NCBI RefSeq assembly: GCF_006345805.1
Contig: NC_043000.1
Coordinates: 91,884,001-91,948,000, forward strand
From: Octopus sinensis
Lineage: Eukaryota
Direction: 5' to 3'
DNA: 64,000 nt
Positions 40,572-52,819 of the stretch are shown here, piece by piece. A program made the position numbers and the translations under genes. Below the pieces are notes generated by a model. That model worked only from the letters and a program-made list of their open reading frames with translations. It was not told the DNA's origin and searched no databases. Every line of letters starts with the position of its first letter. Within the stretch, counting starts at the first letter, position 1.

Positions 40572-43404
40572 TCAATTGTTTGTCGTAGACCCGTTAAGAA
40601 GTGGCTTGTATTTTATAATAAAGAGATTTTCTTTACTTATTCGTTGTCTCGAGGTTGTATCGTCCCTAAATTGGTAGAGGGGGAAAATTCTGAAGTTTGG
40701 TGTTTTTTTGTTGGCGCAAGTATCTATGTGTTGGCTAAAAGCTATTTTTATGTTTTGGGGAATTTTTATCTGGGATCTGTGCAGGGCCATTCGTTTACGC
40801 AAACCATTTTTTGTTTGGCCTATGTACTGCTCTTGACACCCGGAGCAGTTAGTGAGTATATTAGGTTCTCCGAAGCACATGTGAAGTTGCTTTTCACTGT
40901 AAACCGTTTCCCCTGTTTGAAGGAGAACTCTGAACCCTCGATTAGATAGTTGCATATCCCGCAATTGGGTCTTCCACATTTTTTTACTGTCGGCTTCTGT
41001 GTTGAAGAGTGAATTCGGGCTTGTGTTAGGAGACTTTTCATGGATCTAGGCTGTCTTTTGCTTTTTATGATCGTGTGTGTTTGGATGATTGTGTTCATTC
41101 TGTGGTCTTTTTTTAGGAGCGGTATGTTGTGGAGGATGGTGCCGAAGGCTTCGTTATTGAGAGGGTTGTGTGTGGAGATGTATGGTAAGGCTTTTGGTTG
41201 TAAGTTTTTCTTTGATTTGGGATGTCTCAGTTCCTTGATGTTAAGTTGAAGGGCACGTTGAATGCACTTGTCAATAAGTGAAGGTGGATAGTTCCTGGTG
41301 ATAAGGGTATCTTTTAGTTCTTGTAGTCGTGTGTCTCTGGTGTTTGCGTTAGAGACTATAGTGCATATCCTTTTTGCTAGATTGAAGGGGATATTCATCC
41401 TGGTGTGTCTGGGGTGGCATGAATTGAATGGAAGATAGTGCTTAGAGTCTGTAGGCTTATAGTATATGTCTGTTTCTATTATATTATTAGCTTTCTTAAT
41501 GAGGATATCGAGGAAGGGAAGTTGTTGCTGGCTATATTCCATCGTGAATTGGATGTTTACGTCCAGCCCGTTTAAAATTTCCTGGAATTCTGAGTTTTTC
41601 TATATTTTTATGCCAAAGAATGAAACAGTCATCTAGATATCTCTTCCAGTTTTTTTCTATGTAGATGGAGAAAGGGCTGCCATATCTTTCTAGAACCTTA
41701 CGATACATACTGATCTCTAGGTATCCTATGACTAGGTTGGCAAAGGAGGGGGCCATTCGTGTACCCATCGCAGTCCCCGATTTTTGTCGGTAGAAGTTGT
41801 CATTGAAGGCGAAGAAGTTATTTTCCAGGATGAATTTAACCCCTTCTATCACGAATTCTTTTTTGATGCGGTGTGGTAGTTCGTTGGCGTGATTCTCTAG
41901 CCAGAATTGGATTGCCTCTAGTCCTAGGTTGTGGGGATATTGGAGTAGAGGTTGACTACATCGAAGGATACCAGTATGGTGTTTTGGTTTATAGTATTCG
42001 GTAGGTGATTGAGCATATCTAAGTCGTCCCTTATATAGCTTTTGACATGTTTGAGGAGTGGTTTTAACAGGGTGTCTAAAAAGTTACTGAGGCGGTGGGT
42101 TTCGCATGCGGGACCTGCTATTATGGGTCTCAATTTGAGGTCATTAGGATTAGGGACTTTAATTATTTTGTCTGTGGCTATCTTGCATGCGTTGCTTATT
42201 TTTTCACTTTTGTGGATCTTAGGTATACCGTAGAATTGGCTAGTTTTACTTGTGAAATTGGTCATATGATCATATTCTTTGTCGGTGAGCCCTGCTTTGT
42301 ATGGGTTTAATATGGATTTTAGTTCCCTCATTATTTTTTGTTGACTGTAGTTTTGTGCCTTTTCATAGTATGTTGTGTCTTCCAGCATAGAAAGTACCGA
42401 AGTTATGTAAAAAGTCGTATCCATTAAGACAACAGCACTCCCTTTATCGGCCTCTTTGATTGTTATTGTTTTATCTTGTTTTAATTTGTTCAACTCAGCC
42501 CATTCTTTTTTGCTGAAGTTTGGTTTGTGTTTTTGTTTGTGCATATGTTGATATGGGTAATTAGATATGTGGTCACAGAAATCATCAAGTGTTTTGTTCT
42601 TACCTTTCGAGGGGGTGTAGTTACTCCTATTTCTGGCTAACGATTCGTCCTCGTTGTATTTATCGTATAGCTCCTCAGTAAGTCTTAATTTTCTGCAGAA
42701 TTCTGTGATGTCTTCTTTCATTTCGTTGTAGTTGGGGTGTTGTGGGGTGGGTGTAAACTTGAGTCCTTTGGAAAGTATGTTTATTTGGTTTGCTGTTAGT
42801 TCCTTGTGAGTTAGATTGATAATTTTTATTACTTTTGGTTCCTCCTGCTTGTTTGGTGCTATCTTGTGTCTCTGTGTTTGCGTATTGGGTGTAAAAAATG
42901 AATGCGGTGGTTGGGACGGTAGCTGTTATATAGTTGTTCTTTGTTGATGTGGGGTCTCCTGTTGTGATTTATGGTGTGTGTTCTTGGAGGAGTATTGAGG
43001 AGAGCATCCCGATATCCCATATTCGGGTGTGGTGTTCTAGGAGGCCTTCGTTGGTAATCATTGTAAGTGGTGTGGGTTTGTTGTGCATGGTTGTTTAACC
43101 GGTTGATGGGACGGAGATTTCGTTGGTAACTCTTTTGGGTGGGGACAAGGTTGCAGTGTCTATGCTGTGGGTGTTGATTTATCCTTTCTCTGCTTGAAGT
43201 GGGGGTATTCCTGATATTGTAACGCTGGTTGCTTACAGAGTTAGGGTTAGGTACTGTATTCTTTTTTTGAAAGTAGTGAAGGTTCCGATTTTTAGACAGG
43301 TGTGTATCGGTGTTTGGGTGTTGTTTTGGTTTTCTTATTTTCTGGAAAGGGTTGTTGGAGGCGTGCTCTGTTTGAAAGACGGCTTCATAGTCTGAGAACC
43401 AAAT
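40572..43404 (-). pseudogene. PLE polyprotein (N-terminal low-complexity region, RT, GIY-YIG endonuclease) broken by four frameshifts
   Basis: IINLTHKEL..LSKGLKFTPTP; FYGIPKIHK; LRPII; SFDVVNLYSNIP; YRQKSGTAMGT; WKRYLDDCF; PFLD; YYKPTD; CGRPNCGIC; YIGQT..LRKRMALH. Shifts near 42895, 41935, 41595 and 40848. Confidence 0.95.
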
Positions 43405-44169
43405 GACACACGACTACAAGAACTAAAAGATACCCTTATCACCAGGAACTATCCACCTTCACTTATTGACAAGTGCATTCAACGTGCCCTTCAACTTAAC
43501 ATCAAGGAACTGAGACATCCCAAATCAAAGAAAAACTTACAACCAAAAGCCTTACCATACATCTCTACACACAACCCTCTCAATAACGAAGCCTTCGGCA
43601 CCATCCTCCACAACATACCCCTCCTAAAAAAAGACCACAGAATGAACACAATCCTCCAAACACACACGATCATAAAAAGCAAAAGACAGCCTAGATCCAT
43701 GAAAAGTCTCCTAACACAAGCCCGAATTCACTCTTCAACACAGAAGCCGACACTAAAAAAATGTGGAAGACCCAATTGCGGGATATGCGACTATCTAATT
43801 GAGGGTTCAGAGTTCTCCTTCAAACAGGGACAACGGTTTACAGTGAAAAGCAACTTCACATGTGCTTCGGAGAACCTAATATACTCACTAACCTGCTCCG
43901 GGTGTCAAGAGCAGTACATAGGCCAAACAAAAAATGGTTTGCGTAAACGAATGGCCCTGCACAGATCCCAGATAAAAATTCCCCAAAACAGAAAAATAGC
44001 TTTTAGCCAACACATAGATACTTGCGCCAACAAAAAAACACCAAACTTCAGAATTTTCCCCCTCTACCAATTTAGGGACGATACAACCTCGAGACAACGA
44101 ATAAGTAAAGAAAATCTCTTTATTATAAAATACAAGCCACTTCTTAACGGGTCTACGACAAACAATTGA
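43405..44169 (+). CDS. Uninterrupted partial PLE frame in the inverted arm (end of RT thumb, Cys linker, GIY-YIG endonuclease)
   Basis: Open from the inversion junction to TGA at 44169; first Met at 43642; CSGCQEQYIGQTKNGLRKRMALH intact. No evidence of expression. Confidence 0.6.
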   Translation, partial: DTRLQELKDTLITRNYPPSLIDKCIQRALQLNIKELRHPKSKKNLQPKALPYISTHNPLNNEAFGTILHNIPLLKKDHRMNTILQTHTIIKSKRQPRSMKSLLTQARIHSSTQKPTLKKCGRPNCGICDYLIEGSEFSFKQGQRFTVKSNFTCASENLIYSLTCSGCQEQYIGQTKNGLRKRMALHRSQIKIPQNRKIAFSQHIDTCANKKTPNFRIFPLYQFRDDTTSRQRISKENLFIIKYKPLLNGSTTNN

Positions 44170-44716
44170 TATACCTCAACTTAAGAATAAAAGAAATATA
44201 TATACACACACAAATATTACATTCCATAGAATCCATTACTAATCGCCCCATCACAGCTATATCTTCACCCATTCATATTCTCCCTTCTTTTTTTTTCTTC
44301 TTCTTCCTCTTCTTCTTCATCATCATCATTATCATCAACATCGTCGTCAACGTCATCACCACCATCATCATCGTCATCTTCTCCTTCTCCTTCTTCTTCT
44401 TCATCATCATCATCATCAACACCGTCATCTTCTTCTTCTTCTTCTACTTCTCCACCGTCTACCCCTTAACCTTGTCACTAATGTCTTTAAGTATAACGCC
44501 TACGCAGCGACTGCCGGTCGCCACTGACCAGCCCAGATTTTCCCACTCCCACCCCCTCAAGAACTCACAACGACCTCGAATACACAAGTGCAAACAAGGG
44601 AGTCAGAGAAAGGCAGAATGCCACCTATATCTGAATACTACTATGGAAGTATTCCTTTAAAAAAACCTTTCTTCTAATTTTTCTAAATTTTTCTAAATTT
44701 AATTATTTAATCGTTA

Positions 44717-44754
44717 CAGTTGAAAAGGTCTCAAAATGACCGAAACCGGTACTG
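44717..44754 (+). ncRNA. Minimal type I hammerhead ribozyme, U3-A8 compensated core
   Basis: CAG-TTGAAAA-GGTC-TCAAAAT-GACC-GAAA-CCG-GTA-CTG; palindromic stem III ACCGGT; predicted cleavage after A44751. Confidence 0.85.
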
Positions 44755-44841
44755 AAAGATTCACTATAAAATCATCTTAGCATTTTCTATTTTTGACTTG
44801 TTTTTTCATATATATCAACTCGTGTGTTCCTTTCCACCCTT

Positions 44842-44887
<46 letters not shown>

Positions 44888-45459
44888 GTGTGTGTATTTA
44901 TAAAAAAAAGCAAAAACTAAAATGATAGTGTTCAGTATGTTGGCGACAGGAATTTCTGTCAAAGAGACATAGTTAAACAAAGTTGTACATCATTTCCCTC
45001 TTTCTCTCACATACCCACTCTTTCTCTCTCTTTCATTATTACCCCCACTGCCACCATCAACACTACTACTTTTAATAAAACATCATCAACTCTTCCTAAA
45101 TGTTTTTTCTCTTTTTCTCTCCCTCGTTTTTCTTTCTATCTCCCTCCATCTGTCAGTCTTCACCACCGCCCTCATCGTCTCTGTACCTACTATTCCTCTC
45201 ATCCCATCATGTGGAATAGTAGAAGTGTCATTAAATAGTGAGAGTATCATTGAATAGTGTGTCTAAGCGTGACACACTGACACACCGTAATTAGTTTTCG
45301 CATTTATTATATTAGATATATGGCGAACTCTCCCGTCGAAGACGAAGCATGAATATTCAGCTTTTTGCTGAGCGATCTGCACAAATGATGTCTTTACAGC
45401 ATATGCGCTGCACATCAGCTCACTCACTCCATCAAATCGACGTTACTTAAAGAGATGCA

Positions 45460-45610
45460 AAGTGTACTATGCGTCAGACGTTGAAGTTATCACAGAGCAA
45501 CCTGCGATGAAGTGTTTTGCTCAAGAAAACAACGCACTACCTGGTCTAGGAATTGAAATCACGATCTCGCGATCTCGAGTGCAATACCCAAACCACTAGG
45601 CCATGCGCCC
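45460..45610 (-). mobile_element. tRNA-headed SINE fragment
   Basis: Minus-strand GGGGCGCATGGCCTAGTGGTT..GATTTCAATTCC A/B boxes followed by TTCTTGAGCAAAACAC. Confidence 0.65.
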
Positions 45611-45762
45611 CCATATATTCGTGTATGTGCGCGCGCGTGTGTGTTTTCGTGCACGTTCAGATATATGCAGGATACTCAGGCTAAAGTTGATAGTTTTAAG
45701 AACCACAAAATTAAGAATGCCCCATCCAAATATAAAAATATGTTTTTTTAAAAATCAACTAG

Positions 45763-46168
45763 CGCAGGAGTGGGTGTGTGGTATGTAGCTTGTTTACCAA
45801 CCACATGGTTCCGGGTTCAGTCCCACTGCATGGCACCTTGGGCAAGTGTCTTCTACTATAGCCCCGGGTCGACCAAAGCCTTGTGAGTGGAGTTGGTAGA
45901 CGGAAACTGAAAGAAGCCCGTCGTATATATGTATATATATATGTGTGCGTGTATGTTTGTGTGTCTGTGTTTGTCACCCAAGCATTGCTTGACAACCGAT
46001 GCTGGTGTGTTTATGTCCCCCGTCACTTACCGGTTCGGCAAAAGAGACCGATAGAATAAGTACTGTGCTTACAAAGAATAAGTCCCGGGGTCGAGTTGCT
46101 CGACTAAAGGTGGTGCTCCAGCATGGCCGCAGTCAACTGACTGCAACAAGTAAAAGTGTAAAAGAGAG
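45763..46168 (+). mobile_element. SINE family A, full length
   Basis: Complete head-body-tail match to the family. Confidence 0.9.
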
Positions 46169-46197
46169 AGTAGCAAATGGCTGGGTGATTATAGTTT

Positions 46198-46352
46198 ACG
46201 CAAAATAGCCGTCTTCAGTTTCCAACAATGCCTCGATGCTGCTCTGCCACCTGGTGCATGCGTACTTCACTGTGTCTCAGGGAAGATCGTTGAACACCTT
46301 GATCTTGGCCACCAGCTTGGCCGTGGTGTTGCAGACAGTGTGACAGGTATCT
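46198..46352 (-). pseudogene. C-terminal fragment of a Tc1/mariner-superfamily transposase
   Basis: VWGAIEKDTCHTVCNTTAKLVAKIKVFNDLP*DTVKYACTRWQSSIEALLETEDGYFA*, the typical post-third-Asp tail. Confidence 0.7.
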
Positions 46353-46494
46353 TTCTCAATGGCACCCCACACAGAGTAAAACAAGGGATTAATATCCGGG
46401 TAATTAGGAGGCCAAAATGTGGAGCTGCTGAAGTCGTAGAATTTCTTCGACAACCAATTCTGACTCTTTCTGTTGGTATAACAAAGTACCGAAT

Positions 46495-46727
46495 TCTATT
46501 TCTTTACCACCCACAAGGGGCTAAACACAGAAGGGACAAGCAAGAACAGACAAACGGATTAAGTCGATATTATCGACCCCAGTGCGTAACTGGTACTTAT
46601 TTAATCGACCCCGAAAGGATGAAAGGCAAGGTCGATCTCGGTGGAATTTGAACTCAGAACGCAGCGGCAGACAAAATACCGCTAAGCATTTCGCCCGGCG
46701 TGCTAACGTTTCTGCCAGCTCGCCGCT
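46495..46727 (-). mobile_element. SINE family B, near full length
   Basis: Matches 57018-57248 throughout. Confidence 0.9.
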
Positions 46728-47516
46728 TTTGTTACTGAATTTATTTAGAGATGCTCTGTGTTTCTTTGAATTACTTTAAATATAACAAAGAATTTAGTAA
46801 AATAACTTCATTATCATTAAGTTAGTGTTAGGAACATAAATTGTGAATAAGATTTGGTGGAAGATTTTAATTCAAAATTTATGAAAACAAGACATGTATA
46901 TTAAAGATCCAGAGCCGGTTTCAGCCGGGTTGGTAACGAAAAGGTTAAAAGTACTGAATCCTGCTACTACACATATGGCTTTCCACTCGTAACCATTTCC
47001 AGCCACTAATTGACCACAGACTCCAAGCAACTTTCTCTAGCTCACTGAATTGAGACTAAGGACCTGTTTAAAGACGCGGAACAGCATGATGTCGGTCTCA
47101 TCGAATACACGCCCTATGACCATCACAGTTTGGGAGGAACTTGGTTTCCATGATGCCCATGTCATGTACAATCTTTACAGTATTCCAGCGCATTGAACAA
47201 CAGTTTTGGGCATTTTCATATCTGGCAGGAATCATCGTGATACAGGTGACTTTTCCGATGTTGCGATAGCTTCCAGTACTCTGTCTTATCTAATCTTTTC
47301 TTCAACCTTTATGCTCTCCAGCGTCATTGACTGCTTAACAATACATCAAGTTGTTTCTGAAAAAAGAAAGACGACAGTAAAATCATCGAATTTAGCCGGA
47401 ACACGCTGTATATATTAAAGTTTGATTGTATATTAATTGATATTCAAAACAATTTCACATTAAACCGAAAGATTATTCAATACTTTTTCGCAGAGTGTAT
47501 AATAAAAATAGTACCA

Positions 47517-47561
47517 ACAGTCCGATGATGGCTTAGAAGGCCGAAACGTCGATGTCACTGT
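47517..47561 (+). ncRNA. Type I hammerhead motif, U4C core
   Basis: ACAGT-CCGATGA-T-GGCTT-AG-AAGGCC-GAAA-CGTCGAT-GTC-ACTGT; perfect 5-bp stem I, GUC site. Confidence 0.7.
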
Positions 47562-47703
47562 CAGTGTTGTTCCTGTTTAAGAATAATATAAAGCATACGA
47601 ACACACATGCACACTCACACACAAACACAGACACACACACATTTTCTCTCTCTCTCTCTCTTACACACACATACGTATATACATGTATGTATACATGCAC
47701 GCG

Positions 47704-47765
<62 letters not shown>

Positions 47766-48037
47766 TAAAAAAAGCATGCAGGTTTTCAAAGCCCGCATTC
47801 ATATATTTCTTACAACAAAAGAGAATATCCATAGGTGTATATGCCTTTCTTCAAAATATTCTTTAAAATGTTCGAACACGCAGACACACACATATACATG
47901 TATATATATGCTCATACACTCACGCACAAATATATATTTATACATATTTACACACACACATACATATATATTTACACATGCTTATATATATGTATATGTA
48001 AATATATATATATATGTATACATATATATATTTGTAA

Positions 48038-48088
<51 letters not shown>

Positions 48089-48357
48089 TATATACATATA
48101 TATATACATATATATATATATATATTTGTATATATGTGTGCAAATATACATATATTCACGCACATTTGTACGTAGATGTCAACGCACGGACATAAACAGA
48201 TGTATGTATGTATGCATAGAAATGTGTGCGAAAACTTCCACGTACACATAAACCAATTCATATGGTATACATATGTGTGTGTGCGTGTGTGTATAAATTT
48301 TTGTATATAGATAGATAGATATAGATATACATACACACATACTTGCATGTATGCGCA

Positions 48358-48397
<40 letters not shown>

Positions 48398-48545
48398 CAT
48401 ATATATATACACATACATGTATGGTTACACGAACACGTACAACTTATATAAGCTGATTTACATATTCGTATATATATATCCATACATGCAATCATACATT
48501 CATTTATTCATTCAATCATTCATTTATTCACACATACATACACAC

Positions 48546-48580
<35 letters not shown>

Positions 48581-49093
48581 CATACATTCATTTGCTTATG
48601 CATACAGATATACATACATACGTTCATACATACATACATATATACGTATACATACATTCATGTGTGCATACATCCATACATACAGATATAGAAACATACA
48701 TACATTTATAGATACATACATACAAACATACATAAATGCGTACATATATTCATGCATACATACGTGCATACTTACATACATTTTAATAGAGAAGGAAGTC
48801 TGAATACTGAAGAGTGAAGTCATTTTCTTTTGGCAATCCACTTTAGCTTAAAGCTATCTATTCTTCAACCATTGAAATAATGAAGAAGATTGCATAATGG
48901 TTGGGGAAACACTACAGCGGAGAATAACTAAAATGTTATTGATTTATTTCCAAAAATGTGTCTTCTAGTATTACAAAGCTCCATTTTATGAATTCAACTC
49001 TATAACAACAATGACAAACAGTTGTAATATTAATAATAACAATAATAGTAGAAAAAAACGTTAAAAACATTTTTAGTAATAGAAATAATAATA

Positions 49094-49167
<74 letters not shown>

Positions 49168-49356
49168 TGATGATAATAAAAATAACAACATCAACAATAA
49201 TATTAATAATTCGTAGTAAAAAAAATATTGCCTCTTGTGAAATTTTTTCCGAGTGTTAGATCCGGTGGTTAAAAGGTAATGTCGAATCCTAATGGCTAAA
49301 ACATTAGTCTTCACTGCTTCCTTGATGTTGTTTTCTTGCTATTATTATCATCATCA

Positions 49357-49415
<59 letters not shown>

Positions 49416-52290
49416 GACGTTTTTTTGTTGTTGATGTTATTACTGTTCTTATTGTTGTTGCCGTCGTCGTCATAGTCGTCGTTGTCGCTTGCCATTAACA
49501 CATGCGTTTACAAAGCTCCATCTTGAAGGCGATTTTTCCCGGATTACCAAATAACAAAAACAGTGGTTTTAATTTGTTTTATCAACAAAAAGCTTTCGGA
49601 AAATCAGACGTCCATTCCACCCTACGTCCTGGCTTGGAAAAAGTGTTTGTATAAACATCGCCTTTAAATGTCTTTATATTTTGACAGGATGGCCATTTGC
49701 ATTGTCTACTCCGATTTCAAAATGGCCAGTTCTGCTAACATCTACCCAAGGTTGTAGATGTTAGCTATAATGGTATCAAGAATATCGATATCAAATTTTC
49801 CTCCAGAAAATTTGTTATACAAAGAGAGACCTAAGAACAGGACATGAAATATAACAGATACTCTTTTAAATATTTAGAGTAAAAATAAAAATAAGTGTTG
49901 GAAACATCAACTTAATAATAATGAGAGCAACGTCAATAAGAACATCACTTCTTTTGCTATTGTAGCAAGTCATAGAGAGTTACTCGATATAAGATAGATC
50001 CATAGTTCAAGAAAGTGTCTGAAAGTCTTATATCAGAGGAGTTTATTAAAGAAATGGAAGCAGTAAAGAGACATACCTCTCTTCTGCAAAACAGAGAAGA
50101 TTGCCAAAATGCACTTCGAAGAGGAGAGTGTCTTAGCCGATATAAGATAGAATATCCTATACTGGGTAAAATCAGAGTATATAGGTGCGCATGTCTATTA
50201 TATAAAACTGAGGACGAGGCAAGAAAGTATGAAGGATTTATGCATAGGATCATATAGGGGACTTGTTGAACATCAAGTTGATTATAAAGCGAATATCTTC
50301 ACGAAGGACTTAGATTATAGTTACATGAGAAGGTGATCGGAGTTGCTGAGTGCTCTGGTAATATCTGAGTAGTAGCTTCTTATTCCTAAGGGGGTAGTTT
50401 GTTTTTGTTGAAAGACAATCCACACCATATCTTTCGTGTTTCATTCTGGATTACTTGAACACAACCCTATTTTTTCCCGGAGCTCAAAAAGTCTTGTTTT
50501 TAATATTTTTCTTTAACTTTTTGAGTTTCTACTAGATGACCATTTGAATATCATTTCGCTTTACAAATTTCCCACAATGTGTGTTATGCCGGTGAAAAGG
50601 TACTTTACATGCATCCAACAATTCTTAAACATGGAAACATTAAAAAAATACAAAATAAAACAATAATTAAATACTTCTATGCAGAAATGCTTCCAATAAC
50701 AATATAGAAAGACCCCATAAAGAGACTGGTGATAAATTTTTAATTTAATAAGAAAATCTTGTCGATAATAAGTAGAGTACTTATATCAGTAACAACTATA
50801 ATTTGCTTGCATTGCGACATAAGCCAATCCGAAGAAAGAAAATATAAAAGCTATTTTGAATAAACATGTTGCTTTCTTGGGCGAGGATCATCCTCGAAAA
50901 AGCAAGAAGAAAGTGACATTACTTTGTTTTGTTAACAATGAGGGAATCTTTACAGATTCTTGAAAGAGGATGAGAGTAGTAGCTGATGTATTGCGTGATA
51001 TATACTCCCTCAACTGGAACAGATAATATGGATGCTAGTGCATTAGTAACAGACCATTACGTTGTTAATTTTGTCCCACAGGACGGGCATTTGGTAAGCA
51101 CTGACGTAACAAGAAACAAATTGTGGTCAAGTAAGATTTTTGTCTGGACAGGCAAATAACAATGCGCTCTGAAGATCACGTACTTATCCCGGAACTGTAA
51201 TCCATCGTGATTGCTGAACAAAACCAGTTAAATCAGTTATGAAGTTGTAGTACGTGTGACCACAGGTGCTACTAAAAGGCTTCCTTCCAAGAGAAACTGG
51301 AAAAACAGATAGGGAGAGAGAGAGACGAGCAGCAGTGGAAGCTGTGACAATACCAGCAGGTCTAAGGAGTTACTGCTTCTAAGATAACACCGTCGAAGTT
51401 CTGAAAATAGCCTAAAATCTCAGCTGATATTTGGTCAGAACTAGAAAATAGAGGGGTGATCTCCCAGTGGTACCACTATATGCATTATCTTGTTATGTAG
51501 GGTAACGAATAAAGGCTGGAAACAGCGAAAACTGTCCAGGGAGGCAAAAAAGAAATGAGAAAACTTATAAACAAACGAAATGCAAGACCACAAGGAAGAT
51601 GAGGATGCACTATTCCGGGAGGAGATAACAGTAAACGATCACTCAAAGTAAGAACGAGTGAATGCTAGGAATAACATACAATGTGCGAAAAGACGATGGG
51701 AACAATGTGGTGACCAAGGGAAAGAGAAAGAGAACTAGAGTTTAAAATTTGATAACGGTGGATACTCCAACCTAACTAAGGTGACAGCTTCTCTCCTGTA
51801 TGTGAGTGGCTGACATTTTTCTGCTATTTATTTCATCGTCGTCGTCACCGTCGTCGTCGTCGTCACCATCGTCGTCGTCGTTTAACATTTACTTCTCCAT
51901 GCTTATATGGATTATATGGAATTTACTTAGGCTGGTTTTCTACAGCCGTTCCAAAATTTCGCTTGGTTCCAAGCAAGGTAATATTTCTCCTTGGCCAGAC
52001 AGGTTTTTCAAGCAAGACTGGAAACGATCAACCCCGTTTGTTTCACGATTAACTCATTTACAACTACCACATTATGTCTGGTCAAAGGCACACACAAACG
52101 CTTCCACACACATATACACATCATGCCCCCTTGTGCCTATAGTAGAGAATATTATTATTATTGTGTTGTTATTATTGTGTGAGAGAGCATGTGTATATAT
52201 ATATACACATGTATGTGTATATATATATTATTGTGTGAGAGAGCATGAAAGTGACACTGGGGGAGAAGTAGTAGTAGTAGTAGCAGTAAC

Positions 52291-52353
<63 letters not shown>

Positions 52354-52618
52354 TGTAGTAGTATCACTGCTAGTTACTACAACTATTCCTACTATGCCAT
52401 TATCGCTTGTAAAAGTGCTGTAAAGGATAACAGTAGGAACAAAAACAACCAGTAATAATATATAATGAGAAGGAAGAAGAATAACCGAAGGAAGAGTGGA
52501 TGGCGTTGAGAGGGTGAGAAAAGGAGGAAGGGAGATGTAAATATAAACAGCAGAAGGGATAACTGAAGGCAGGAGACCAGCGTGAAAAGAATAGAAAAGA
52601 AACGTCAGGGGAAAGGGA

Positions 52619-52650
<32 letters not shown>

Positions 52651-52704
52651 AAAAAGAAAAATGGAAAACACACAAAGGTGGGGGAAGTGGGTAATTAACA
52701 AAAG

Positions 52705-52819
52705 GAAGAAGAAGAAGAAGAAGAAGAAGAAGAAGAAGAAGAAGAAGAAGAAGAAGAAGAAGAAGAAGAAGAAGAAGAAGAAGAAGAAGAAGAAGAAGAA
52801 GAAGAAGAAGAAGAAGAAG
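52705..52819 (+). repeat. Pure (GAA)n tract
   Basis: About 115 bp of uninterrupted GAA; source of the poly-Phe pseudo-ORF. Confidence 0.95.

Larger units (their letters stand above)
39934..44806 (-). mobile_element. Penelope-like element (Neptune-like) with an inverted 1.4-kb terminal arm
   Basis: Minus-strand body 43404 to 39934; 43405-44806 is the reverse complement of 39934-41335 at very high identity; HHR near both outer ends. Confidence 0.95.

Noticed and set aside
43240-43251. GTTAGGGTTAGG telomere-like repeat inside the PLE
   Set aside because: Under two units, and it simply encodes PNPN in the minus-strand frame.
44166-44660. 164/165-aa hydrophobic ORF retained in both PLE arms
   Set aside because: It has a TTG start, runs through a trinucleotide tract that varies in multiples of three by nature, and the arms are too young for retention to imply selection.
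49950-50350. 80-aa and 98-aa ORFs
   Set aside because: Only faint resemblance to a decayed RTE C-terminus; too degenerate to call.
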